Part shown: one piece after another, positions 8,642-17,887 of the stretch
Numbering within the stretch: position 1 is the stretch's first letter
How the letters are laid out: every line of letters begins with the position of its first letter
Source: a virus
Direction: 5' to 3' (one strand)
DNA: 64,000 nucleotides
Virus record (IMG/VR): IMGVR_UViG_3300043775_002552
Location: 4,604 to 68,603 of that record
Made by a program: the position numbers and the translations under genes
Notes under the pieces: model-generated
What the model was told of the DNA's origin: nothing
Databases searched by the model: none
Seen by the model: the letters and a program-made list of their open reading frames with translations, nothing else

Positions 8642-9024
8642 TGGAATATATTGGATTTATATTATTTATATTGGCTGGTATGAGTGAAGGTGTTATGGAT
8701 ACCTTACAATTCCATTATAGTAATTCTATTTTTTATAGTTTAAAAAATAAATTATTTTGGAACCCCCAAATTTCTTGGCAAAATAAATATAAAAATGGAG
8801 ACCCGACAGATGGCGCAAAATTTCCTTTATCAACAAATTTACTTGTTGGTTTAACAGATGCTTGGCATTTATTTAAACTTTTAAGAACGTTTTTTATATT
8901 TGCTGGAATATTTTTTATGTTTATGTCTTGTCAAACTCCATTCCATTGTTTAATGGATGTTATGATAGCAAGAATAATATTTGGAGTGTCGTTTAGTTTA
9001 TCATACGATTATTTATTTAAATAA
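8641..9024 (+). CDS. Membrane protein of unknown function
   Basis: ATG at 8641 overlaps the previous TGA. Three hydrophobic segments, with MDTLQFHY...SWQNKYKNGD...TDAWHLFK motifs that look conserved. Confidence 0.65.
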   Translation: MEYIGFILFILAGMSEGVMDTLQFHYSNSIFYSLKNKLFWNPQISWQNKYKNGDPTDGAKFPLSTNLLVGLTDAWHLFKLLRTFFIFAGIFFMFMSCQTPFHCLMDVMIARIIFGVSFSLSYDYLFK

Positions 9025-9029
9025 TAACT

Positions 9030-9383
9030 ATGGAATTTTTTATTACAAAGGACTCATTACTACCGGTTTTAAAAATGGACGTTGTAAAAGACGGGAGAAC
9101 TGACATGCCAAAAAACTTCTATGAAAGTTTGGTTAACTCAAAAGTCAAATTCTCAATGAAAAGTGAGGAAAACGGAATACAAAAAATCTTCATGGAAGAT
9201 GCTATTTTTGCTAGAAAAACAAAATCAAATCCCGACTCCAACAACGAATACTATGTTATTTATAAATGGAAAAACAGGGACACAAAAACCAAAGGTAGAT
9301 ACGTAGGTGAATTTTTAATAACATTAGAAAGTGGAGAGTTAATTTCACCAATTAGAGAAAATCTTTATATCAATATCATTTGA
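9030..9383 (+). CDS. Small Ig-like virion protein (BppU N-terminal-like)
   Basis: F.I...S.LP.L...V.FSM...Y.W...DT...G.Y.GEF.I pattern. Confidence 0.5.
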   Translation: MEFFITKDSLLPVLKMDVVKDGRTDMPKNFYESLVNSKVKFSMKSEENGIQKIFMEDAIFARKTKSNPDSNNEYYVIYKWKNRDTKTKGRYVGEFLITLESGELISPIRENLYINII

Positions 9384-9408
9384 CAAGGGTAAATTTTACC
9401 ACTATATT
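9380..9408 (+). promoter_or_regulatory. Sigma70-type promoter of DNA polymerase with palindromic spacer
   Basis: TTGACA(9380)-17 nt-TATATT(9403). The spacer contains GGTAAA-T-TTTACC. Confidence 0.7.
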
Positions 9409-9471
9409 TAAGAACGAAGGTAAATGTTACGATTAAGTAACAGCAAATACACCAAACTTAAATAAATAATT

Positions 9472-12300
9472 ATGGTTCCACAAGAAGAGATTGAACGCTT
9501 TCTACTAGGCGAAGACGAAGAAAAATATATCGTAGCAATAGAATACGATTACAAATCAGATAAAATATTTAAAGTAATCCAAGATCCAATCAAAGGAAAA
9601 CTCCTTAGAATGGATACATTTATACCTTTTGCTTGGGTTGGAGATCTAAAAAACAAAAACTTTTATAAAGGAAGTAAGGAACTTCAAAAAAAGGCAATGT
9701 CTGAAAACGGCATCCTTATTGAGAAATTGGAGGATCACGGAGATGAAAGATTAAAAACAGGATTGACCTTTATGGTTAAAACCACCAAATCATATTCAAA
9801 CCTTGTTAACTTTTTTAAAGGTGGTGGACTTGATCCTTGGGGTAGAGACAACTCGGATGTTATATCCATTTTATCTCCAGTTGAACAATATTTAATTCAA
9901 AAAAACAAACGACTTTTTAAAGGTTTTGAAGAATACGATGAGATCCATAGATTTGTATTTGATATTGAGACCACAGGTTTGGATCCCAAGACAAGTAAAA
10001 TATTCCTTATTGGAATGAAAGACAATCGTGGTTTTATCAAACTTTTATCTGCTCAAAATGAGCAAGAGGAAAAGAAAATGATTGTTGAGTTTTTTGAAAC
10101 AATAGACCAATTAAAACCCTCACTTATTGGTGGTTATAACTCGGCATTCTTTGACTTCCCATTTATATTAAAAAGGGCCGAAATATTAAAACTTAATATT
10201 AAAAAAATTGCAAAAACTTTAAATCCCGATTATTCATTAAAACAAAAAGAAGGTATTCTAAAGTTAGCAAATGAAATGGAACCCTACACACAAACTCAAA
10301 TGTGGGGGTACAACATTGTGGATATTGCACATGCCGTTCGTAGAGCACAAGCAATTAACTCCGATATTAAAAGTTGGTCATTGAAGTATATTACCAAATT
10401 CATTGAAGCAGAAAAAGAAAACCGTGTATATGTAGAAGGAGATAAGATCGGTAAAATTTATTTTGACAATGATGACTATTGGATGAATAAAGAGAATGGT
10501 AACTACAAAAGAGTTGGAATTGATTCAAAAGTTGATGAAATCTGTCAAAGAAGATCCGATATATATGATAAAACAACAGGATCTAAAATTATAGAGGGAT
10601 ACTTGGACGATGACCTTTATGAAACTATGGTTGTTGATGAACAGTTCAACCAAGCAAACTTTCTTCTTTCAAAACTTGTCCCTACAACATATGAAAGGCT
10701 TTCAACAATGGGTACTGCAACACTATGGAAAATGATTATGTGTTCATGGTCTTATAAACATAAACTATCAATACCTAGAAAGTTAGAAAAGAGAAAATTC
10801 ACAGGAGGACTTTCAAGATTACTTCAAGTTGGATATTCAAGAAACGTATTAAAACTTGACTACTCTTCTCTTTATCCGTCAATTCAGCTCGTTCACGACG
10901 TGTTTCCTCAATGTGATGTGATGGGTGCAATGAAAAGTATGTTAAAGTATTTCCGTGATACTCGTATCAAATACAAAAATTTGGCGGGACAATACAAAAA
11001 ATCAGACCCAAAACTTGCCGTATCATACGATAGAAAACAATTACCAATTAAGATCTTTATTAACGCATTTTTTGGTTCCCTTTCTGCCCCTCACGTATTT
11101 CCTTGGGGTGATATTGATATGGGTGAACAAATTACTTGTACAGGAAGACAATATCTTCGTCAGATGATTATGTTTTTTATGAAAAGAGGTTATATTCCGT
11201 TGGTGCTTGATACTGATGGTGTGAACTTTGAAACTCCATCTGACAGGAATGAATATACTTACGTAGGTAAAGGACTTAATGGTCTTGTAGAAGAAGGTAA
11301 AGTATATGTCGGTGAAGAGGCGGATGTTGCCGAATACAATGACTTATTTATGAGAAATGAAATGGGTCTTGACATTGATGGTGTATGGCCAGCAACAATT
11401 AATGTGGCTCGTAAAAACTACGCACTTTTAACAGATAAAGGTAAAGTAAAACTTACGGGTAATACCATCAAATCTAAAAAACTTCAAACATATGTTGCTG
11501 AATTTTTGGATACAGGACTTAGAATGTTATTGGATGGTAGAGGTAGTGAATTTTTAGATTTTTATTATGAGTATGTTGATAAGATCTATAATAAACAAAT
11601 TCCTCTTGCAAAAATTGCAAACAAAGCTCGTGTTAAACAATCGGTAGAAGATTATAAAGTTCACGTTACAAAAAGGACAAAATCAGGTAATTTAATGTCC
11701 CGACAGGCACATATGGAACTTTTGTTAAAAGAAAATAAAACCGCAGGTCTTGGTGATACAATTTATTATGTAAATAATGGAACCAAAAAATCACACGGGG
11801 ATGTTCAAAAGAAAAAAGATGAAATAATACTAAACTGTTATTTAGTTGATGACAAGGAGTTTGAGTTAAACCCAGATATCATTGGTGAATATAATGTTCC
11901 TAGAACTTTATCGGCATTTAACAAAAGAATTGAACCATTACTTGTTGTGTTTAATCCAGAAATTAGAAACGATATTATAATTGAGGATCCCAAAGATAGA
12001 CCCATTTTTACGAAGTCACAAACAGAATTAACAAGGGGGTTCCCTTACAAAGAAAAAGATCAGGACGGATTAGATGAGTTATTAACTATATCAGACACTG
12101 AAATTGTTTTTTGGAAAAATGTTAATATTGACCCATATTATATGTATATTGACAACACGATTGAATTAGTTAATCACGAATATGTGGAAAAAAATAAAAC
12201 TTTAATGCAAAATGTTAACACCTCTAATTATAGGTTATCAGACGACGATGCGTATGAATTTGATACCGATGGGGATTTAATGTCCTTAGCGTTAGATTAA
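9472..12300 (+). CDS. Family B DNA polymerase with 3'-5' exonuclease
   Basis: FDIETTG (ExoI), GYNSAFFDFPFI (ExoII), LDYSSLYPS (motif A), KIFINAFFG (motif B), LDTDG (motif C). Confidence 0.97.
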   Translation: MVPQEEIERFLLGEDEEKYIVAIEYDYKSDKIFKVIQDPIKGKLLRMDTFIPFAWVGDLKNKNFYKGSKELQKKAMSENGILIEKLEDHGDERLKTGLTFMVKTTKSYSNLVNFFKGGGLDPWGRDNSDVISILSPVEQYLIQKNKRLFKGFEEYDEIHRFVFDIETTGLDPKTSKIFLIGMKDNRGFIKLLSAQNEQEEKKMIVEFFETIDQLKPSLIGGYNSAFFDFPFILKRAEILKLNIKKIAKTLNPDYSLKQKEGILKLANEMEPYTQTQMWGYNIVDIAHAVRRAQAINSDIKSWSLKYITKFIEAEKENRVYVEGDKIGKIYFDNDDYWMNKENGNYKRVGIDSKVDEICQRRSDIYDKTTGSKIIEGYLDDDLYETMVVDEQFNQANFLLSKLVPTTYERLSTMGTATLWKMIMCSWSYKHKLSIPRKLEKRKFTGGLSRLLQVGYSRNVLKLDYSSLYPSIQLVHDVFPQCDVMGAMKSMLKYFRDTRIKYKNLAGQYKKSDPKLAVSYDRKQLPIKIFINAFFGSLSAPHVFPWGDIDMGEQITCTGRQYLRQMIMFFMKRGYIPLVLDTDGVNFETPSDRNEYTYVGKGLNGLVEEGKVYVGEEADVAEYNDLFMRNEMGLDIDGVWPATINVARKNYALLTDKGKVKLTGNTIKSKKLQTYVAEFLDTGLRMLLDGRGSEFLDFYYEYVDKIYNKQIPLAKIANKARVKQSVEDYKVHVTKRTKSGNLMSRQAHMELLLKENKTAGLGDTIYYVNNGTKKSHGDVQKKKDEIILNCYLVDDKEFELNPDIIGEYNVPRTLSAFNKRIEPLLVVFNPEIRNDIIIEDPKDRPIFTKSQTELTRGFPYKEKDQDGLDELLTISDTEIVFWKNVNIDPYYMYIDNTIELVNHEYVEKNKTLMQNVNTSNYRLSDDDAYEFDTDGDLMSLALD

Positions 12301-13418
12301 ATAGGTGTGAAAGGACTATTAAATGGTCTAAACCTCAACAGTTTATTTAGATTTTCTGCTTGTAGTCCTTTCATTTCCATTAACTTATCAGGTCTCAACC
12401 TTTCAAGACGCAATTTTAATTCTTCCCAAAGAATTGCCTTTTCGTCTTTTGCTTCAGTAAATAATGATTGGTAATCCATAGTTAATTCAGAATCTGGTGT
12501 TTTTAAATTACCACTATACTTTCCTCTAACTCTACCAAGAGCCTCTTTACAATATGCCACAAACCATCTTCTGACCCAAGTTTGTGCAGGGCTATTTAAT
12601 TCGTCCCACCTCATCTCATCAATTGGAACATCAGAAGGTAATCTAACTATATCAGGGTTTTGTGCCAAACAAGTATCACGGTCATCGGTTTCATAATACC
12701 AATACCAAACCCTATACTGATGGAATTTAATCATACCAAAGTCAAATCTACCACCAGGAACATTCATTAAATGTACTGCTTTTTTTCCTTCAGGAAGTGC
12801 GGTTACTCTATACGTAAGATCTCCCGTTATGATTCTTCTTTTAATATTGATGTCTTGCATTCTTAAAAGAATGTCAAATGCTGGTGTGATAAAATAGTTT
12901 CCTGTTGTTCCCATTTGTGAAAAACCGGCACCACCACCAAGACCAATACCACCAAATCCACCAAATCCACCCATAAACGGATCAAAGTACGCAGCATCTA
13001 ATTCAGGACGAGAAAACCATAAAAGTTCATTTATTTCTCTTCCTGCAGGTATTTCATATATTTGTTGTCCGGGAACCAAATCAATATAATCCTTTTTTAA
13101 AACAGAATCTCCACCTGCCTGCAGCCCCACAATTTTAGAATAAGCATATGTGTATTGGGTTTCCCAATCCATACTTCTTGTGGTAAATGCCCTTGTTAAT
13201 GATTGTTCGTCCAAGTTCAATCCATTAAGGGACACCCATTGTGATTCTATTAACCAATCTTGTACGTATTGTGCATAATCTCCAATTGATAACTCAAGCA
13301 TAGAGTCCATCATTTCATCCTCAAGTTCAACCGAACGAAGTGGTGCACCCAAAAGGTGTTTTACTCTTTTATAGAGTTTTGATCTTTCAGGTTCTGTAAT
13401 TATTGATGTTGTTGGCAT
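12297..13418 (-). CDS. Neck / head-tail adaptor protein (T4 gp13-like)
   Basis: LLGAPLRSVEL.DE N-terminus and W.RRW..A..KE.LG.VRGKY C-terminal motif. Confidence 0.75.
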   Translation of the reverse strand: MPTTSIITEPERSKLYKRVKHLLGAPLRSVELEDEMMDSMLELSIGDYAQYVQDWLIESQWVSLNGLNLDEQSLTRAFTTRSMDWETQYTYAYSKIVGLQAGGDSVLKKDYIDLVPGQQIYEIPAGREINELLWFSRPELDAAYFDPFMGGFGGFGGIGLGGGAGFSQMGTTGNYFITPAFDILLRMQDINIKRRIITGDLTYRVTALPEGKKAVHLMNVPGGRFDFGMIKFHQYRVWYWYYETDDRDTCLAQNPDIVRLPSDVPIDEMRWDELNSPAQTWVRRWFVAYCKEALGRVRGKYSGNLKTPDSELTMDYQSLFTEAKDEKAILWEELKLRLERLRPDKLMEMKGLQAENLNKLLRFRPFNSPFTPI

Positions 13419-13430
13419 AAGATTTTTCTA

Positions 13431-13438
13431 TATAAATA
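13431..13438 (-). promoter_or_regulatory. TATTTATA putative late promoter
   Basis: Motif 12 nt upstream of the neck gene ATG. Confidence 0.55.
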
Positions 13439-13458
13439 TCTTTTGATATGTAAATAGT

Positions 13459-14178
13459 TTAGTTTGTCTTCTTTTTTGTTTGTCCCTCCAAACATTCATT
13501 AACAAATTCCCAATTTACAACCTTCCAAAAGTTATTCACATACTTGTCTCTTTCATTCTTATATTTTAAATAATAGGCATGTTCCCATAAATCTAACCCT
13601 AAAAGAGGAAACCCACCATTTGTTTCTGTATCCATAAGGGGGTTATCTTGGTTGGGGGTTGTCATAATTTTTAGTCTGCCGTTTTTTGTTAAAACAAGCC
13701 ATACCCAACCAGATCCAAAATTACTTTTTGCGGATTCTTCAAACTTTTCTTTAAATTTATCAAATGAACCAAAAGATGACTCAATTTTTTTAAGTATTGA
13801 CCCTGAAATTGTTTGTTTTTTAGGTGAAAGCATTCTCCAAAAAAGAGCGTGATTAAACGCACCCCCACCATTATTTTTTACCTTTTTATTATATTTTGAA
13901 ATTCTTTTTATAATATCTTCAAGTTCAACATCGTCCCCTTTTATCTTTTCAAGTTCCTTATTTAACTTTTCAACATACCCTTTATAGTGTTTTGAATAGT
14001 GGGTTTTCATTGTTTCTGAATCAACAAATCTTTCAAGTGAATCATAACTATATGGAAGTTTTTCAACACTAATTGATTTTATTTCAGAAATAATTGATTT
14101 GTTAGAAATTAAATTGACCCCAATAGATTCTTGGATTAATTCAATTTTTTTTAAAAGTGGATCATAAACGGATTTCAT
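13459..14178 (-). CDS. sodA: Fe/Mn superoxide dismutase (Mn-type signature) with N-terminal extension
   Basis: LPYSYDSLE, THYSKH, NNGGGAFNH, FGSGWVWL, TPNQDNP and DLWEHAYY. All four metal ligands are present. GGG and NQD suggest Mn or cambialistic type. Confidence 0.95.
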   Translation of the reverse strand: MKSVYDPLLKKIELIQESIGVNLISNKSIISEIKSISVEKLPYSYDSLERFVDSETMKTHYSKHYKGYVEKLNKELEKIKGDDVELEDIIKRISKYNKKVKNNGGGAFNHALFWRMLSPKKQTISGSILKKIESSFGSFDKFKEKFEESAKSNFGSGWVWLVLTKNGRLKIMTTPNQDNPLMDTETNGGFPLLGLDLWEHAYYLKYKNERDKYVNNFWKVVNWEFVNECLEGQTKKKTN

Positions 14179-14182
14179 AATA

Positions 14183-14190
14183 TATAAATA
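14183..14190 (-). promoter_or_regulatory. TATTTATA putative late promoter
   Basis: 4 nt before the SOD ATG at 14178. Confidence 0.55.
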
Positions 14191-14203
14191 TATGAAAAGT
14201 TGA

Positions 14204-15979
14204 TTATGATCTTTGGGATATTCTATTTAGGATTTCTTCTAATGTGTCTCCCATATCATCATCTATTTGATCACCCATAACAGTATTTATGATTTTTTTC
14301 TTTCTATTTAAAATATCATATATTGCACCTTCAATTGTGTTTTCAAATAATGGGTAATAAACAAGGACATTATTTTTTTGTCCATATCTATAAGCTCTAT
14401 CTTCTGCTTGTGCGTGTTCAGCAGGAACAAATGATAAGTCATTCATAATAACAACCTCTGCCGATGTTAATGTTAGCCCAACTCCCGCAGCTTTTAAATT
14501 TCCAATAAAAACATTAATTTTATCGTTTTCTTGAAATTGATCAACGGCAAATTGTCTTTGTACTTTTGAACAACTACCATCCAAATAAACAGATGATTTT
14601 CCAAAATGATTATGAAGTAGTTGTAATGTTTCGGTAAAGTTTGTAAATATGATTACTTTTTTTCCTTGTTCAATAATATTTTCAGCAATTTCAATTGTAT
14701 TATTTATTTTTTCATCTGCAATTACCTTTCTTACTTTCATTAGTTTTGAAAACTGAACGGTAAGCGATGATGATTCCTCACTTTTATTTTCATACCAATT
14801 AAAATACTCACCCATAAGGTCTTCGTATTCTTTTGATTTTAATCTTAAATAAATTGGGGTAATAATTTTATCAGGTAGATCTAACACGTCTTCTTTTAAT
14901 CTCCTAAGAATTTGTTTTGAAGTTCTTTCTCTTAACTCATCAAGATTTGAGGCTCCTTGAACGTTCCAAACTTTTCTTTTTCCCGCATTAAATTGATAAC
15001 CTTGACAATATCTAATGGCATATGCCATCCAGTTAGCGGCAACGGGGCTTTCAATAATATTTAAAATATTATAATAATTAATTGGTCTTGATGTCATTGG
15101 GGTTCCCGTCAATAACCAAACCCTTTCAATTTTTTTAACAAATGTATTTATGATTTTTGTTCTTTGAGCTTGCGGATTTGAGATCATATGCGCTTCATCA
15201 AGTATAACAAGATCAAAATTAGAAGTAGAAATTAAAGAATTGTCCTTATCTTTAATATCATAAAAGTTTTTTAATATATCGTAATTAATAATGGTAAATT
15301 CTTCGTCTGTTGAAAACTTTTTTCCTTCACATATATAAACACTTTTATCTGAATAGTTTTGTATTTCTCTTTGCCAGTTAATTTTAAGTGACGCTGGACA
15401 TATAATTAAAATCTTTTTTGCTCCTGTTTCTAATGCTGCTATAATTGTGGAGGTCGTTTTCCCGAGCCCCATATCGTCTGCCAAAATAAATCTTTTTGAC
15501 CCCGCAAGTTTTTCTATTGCTTCTTTTTGATGTGAAAGTGGAGGTCTATGATCGTATTTTGAATAATCAATATTAACTTTTTCTGTTGTGTGGGTTTTTA
15601 TAATTGCCGTTTTTGGAAGCCAAAAATCATAAAGAGTTTGACCACTAAACATCTTACCCCAAATATGATAGGACTTATCTTTTTCAACCAAAAGTTTTTC
15701 AACATAAATTTCTTTTGGTTCCGTAGGTAGAAGTTTTTCCTCCATCAATTTTTTTGAAAAATAAGAATCAACTTCAACCCATTTTTTTGCAACTTTTGGT
15801 ATTACGTTTTCGTAGTTAATTATGTATTCTGCTTGAGATCTTGTTATGACATAATTTTTATTTGTCAAACCTTTCTTTTTGATATTCAAAATATAATTGT
15901 TGGAACCTTCATAAGTTTCCAATATATTTTTTGCCCTAATTTCGGGTAAAGAATTTAAAGAGTCGGTGTCTTTACTCAC
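14204..15979 (-). CDS. SNF2-family helicase/ATPase
   Basis: ILADDMGLGKT, LDEAH, LTGTP, LRRLKEDVL, AAGVGLTL and QAEDRAYRYGQ. GTG start. Confidence 0.95.
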   Translation of the reverse strand: MSKDTDSLNSLPEIRAKNILETYEGSNNYILNIKKKGLTNKNYVITRSQAEYIINYENVIPKVAKKWVEVDSYFSKKLMEEKLLPTEPKEIYVEKLLVEKDKSYHIWGKMFSGQTLYDFWLPKTAIIKTHTTEKVNIDYSKYDHRPPLSHQKEAIEKLAGSKRFILADDMGLGKTTSTIIAALETGAKKILIICPASLKINWQREIQNYSDKSVYICEGKKFSTDEEFTIINYDILKNFYDIKDKDNSLISTSNFDLVILDEAHMISNPQAQRTKIINTFVKKIERVWLLTGTPMTSRPINYYNILNIIESPVAANWMAYAIRYCQGYQFNAGKRKVWNVQGASNLDELRERTSKQILRRLKEDVLDLPDKIITPIYLRLKSKEYEDLMGEYFNWYENKSEESSSLTVQFSKLMKVRKVIADEKINNTIEIAENIIEQGKKVIIFTNFTETLQLLHNHFGKSSVYLDGSCSKVQRQFAVDQFQENDKINVFIGNLKAAGVGLTLTSAEVVIMNDLSFVPAEHAQAEDRAYRYGQKNNVLVYYPLFENTIEGAIYDILNRKKKIINTVMGDQIDDDMGDTLEEILNRISQRS

Positions 15980-15993
15980 AATATTTTTTTTAT

Positions 15994-16022
15994 AATATAG
16001 TAAAATTTAATTAAAAAATCAA
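15994..16022 (-). promoter_or_regulatory. Sigma70-type promoter of SNF2 gene
   Basis: Minus strand TTGATT-17 nt-TATATT. Confidence 0.5.
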
Positions 16023-16028
16023 TTATGA

Positions 16029-16036
16029 TATTTATA
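16029..16036 (+). promoter_or_regulatory. TATTTATA putative late promoter
   Basis: 4 nt before the ATG at 16041. Confidence 0.55.
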
Positions 16037-16040
16037 TTAT

Positions 16041-16556
16041 ATGACACAAAATAGAGTACCAATAACAAGATTAAATAAATTTTTCTCGGCGGAAGATTTT
16101 GATTTAGATATAAATATGGGCGAAGAGTGGCTTCACGGCGACATGAATTTTACCTTAGTCCTTTATAGAATTGATAGGCAGCGCACCGACTCTGACGATG
16201 TATATGGTGAAACGTCAAGTGATTCTATACAATTTTTACCTCCTGTTGAATTTAAAGGATACGTTCAAATTGAGGCTCCAACCAATGTTGATTACGGATC
16301 ATCAAGATTATCACAAACAGAACCTGGTAACTTAAAAGTTGGGGTTTATCAAAAACAACTTGAAGAGTTGGGTATTGATATTAACTATGGTGATTATATC
16401 GGATACTATGAGACCGAAACAAGAGTTCGTTATTATAGTGTTGTTGATGATGGTCGTGTACTTAGTGATAATAAACACACATATGGAGGGTACAAACCAT
16501 TTTATCGTTCAATTAACGCTGCCCCTGTTACAGATAATGAATTTAGAGGAATTTAA
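16041..16556 (+). CDS. Head closure / neck protein (T4 gp14-like)
   Basis: DDVYGE motif, F.PPVE, I..GDYI. Located between the neck and tail completion genes. Confidence 0.6.
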   Translation: MTQNRVPITRLNKFFSAEDFDLDINMGEEWLHGDMNFTLVLYRIDRQRTDSDDVYGETSSDSIQFLPPVEFKGYVQIEAPTNVDYGSSRLSQTEPGNLKVGVYQKQLEELGIDINYGDYIGYYETETRVRYYSVVDDGRVLSDNKHTYGGYKPFYRSINAAPVTDNEFRGI

Positions 16557-16558
16557 TA

Positions 16559-17599
16559 ATGGCACTTCCAAAAAAAGAAAAAAAATATTTACCACTTACA
16601 CCAGTCAAAACTCTTTTAGAAAGAAGAGAAGAAATGGTTGATGAAATAATGGACGGAGGAACTTACCTACCAAAAGGGGTTTTACATGCAGATTTAGATA
16701 AAGGGATGCTTGATTTTGTTAAGGATTCTCTTAAAACGGTTGTTGAAGGAAAAGTTGTACCAAATATTGAAAGAATAATTACAAACCAAAATTGGGCTCA
16801 ATTTGTTACCTCTTGGAACTTTCAGGATTTAGATAAAAACGTTTCATTACCATTTATCACTACCGTTAGAATGCCTGAAGTAAAATACGGAACAAACCCA
16901 TCAACAAAATATAACATTCCTGATAGAAAAGAATTTTTATACGCGACAGTTCCAACTTGGGATGGACAAAGAAAGGGGGTTGATGTTTATAAAATACCTC
17001 AACCAGTTCCTGTAGATATTACTTACAATGTTAAATTTTTTGCAAATAGAATGAGAGAGATCAATGAGTTCAATAAAATTGTAATGCAAAAATTCACATC
17101 AAGACAAGCATATACACAAATAAAAGGAAACTATATTCCAATTATTTTAGAAGATGTTTCAGATGAGTCGGCAAAAGATCTTGAAAAAAGAAAGTATTAT
17201 ATTTCAAATTATAAGTTTTTAATGCAAGGTATTTTAATTGATGAAGAGGAATTTCAAGTATCTCCAGCAGTGACAAGACAAGTATCTATGTTTGAAGTTG
17301 ATTTTAAAACAAAGGCAAGATATGCAAAAGGAGAACCCGCAAGACCTAACTTTTTTGATTTAAATATTAATTTTATTTCAGGAGTTACACAATTAAGTGA
17401 AGTGTTTAGATATACTGCAGATTTAAAAGTCAATTCAACTGACAATGTTGATTCATATTCTGTTTATATAAATAACAATTATGTTGGTGATGATTTTTCA
17501 CCAATACAAGTAACTGATCATGATTTAGTAAGATTTGAAGTAGTGAAAATAGATAATAATCAGGAGGCGTTTATAAATACAACTGCATATCTTCAGTAG
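16559..17599 (+). CDS. Tail completion/terminator protein (T4 gp15-like)
   Basis: LPFI...R and PQPVPVDITYNV motifs. Lies directly upstream of the sheath gene. Confidence 0.65.
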   Translation: MALPKKEKKYLPLTPVKTLLERREEMVDEIMDGGTYLPKGVLHADLDKGMLDFVKDSLKTVVEGKVVPNIERIITNQNWAQFVTSWNFQDLDKNVSLPFITTVRMPEVKYGTNPSTKYNIPDRKEFLYATVPTWDGQRKGVDVYKIPQPVPVDITYNVKFFANRMREINEFNKIVMQKFTSRQAYTQIKGNYIPIILEDVSDESAKDLEKRKYYISNYKFLMQGILIDEEEFQVSPAVTRQVSMFEVDFKTKARYAKGEPARPNFFDLNINFISGVTQLSEVFRYTADLKVNSTDNVDSYSVYINNNYVGDDFSPIQVTDHDLVRFEVVKIDNNQEAFINTTAYLQ

Positions 17600-17749
17600 T
17601 TATTCTCCGTAGATGTCGGTTGTTTCTCTGCAAGATTCTTTAATTAAGGTTTCTAAAAACTTATAAATTTTTAATCCTTTTTTATCACAATACTTTTTAA
17701 GCTGATTATGGCTTTCTTCTGAAATCTTTATATTTTTAATTTTTTTCAT
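17600..17749 (-). CDS. 49-aa ribbon-helix-helix-like DNA-binding protein (not in ORF track)
   Basis: Translated by hand: MKKIKNIKISEESHNQLKKYCDKKGLKIYKFLETLIKESCRETTDIYGE. Alternating beta pattern, helix, G turn, helix. TATTTATC lies 4 nt upstream (17754-17761). Confidence 0.75.
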   Translation of the reverse strand: MKKIKNIKISEESHNQLKKYCDKKGLKIYKFLETLIKESCRETTDIYGE

Positions 17750-17847
17750 ATTAGATAAATAATTTAAAGGTGAGAAAAAAGGCAGAATTTTTTCATACTA
17801 CCCATAAAATATATTTCTGGCGGTCAGTTTTTTACGTTTTTTGTAAG

Positions 17848-17855
17848 TATTTATA
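17848..17855 (+). promoter_or_regulatory. TATTTATA putative late promoter
   Basis: Upstream of the tail sheath gene. Confidence 0.55.
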
Positions 17856-17887
17856 GTTAAAATAAAACTTAAAAGAACTTTTAAAAA

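Noticed and set aside
9415-9455. Resemblance of GGTAAA-stem-GCAAA to a c-di-GMP-I riboswitch
   Set aside because: No GNRA loop, no second stem or receptor, and too short.
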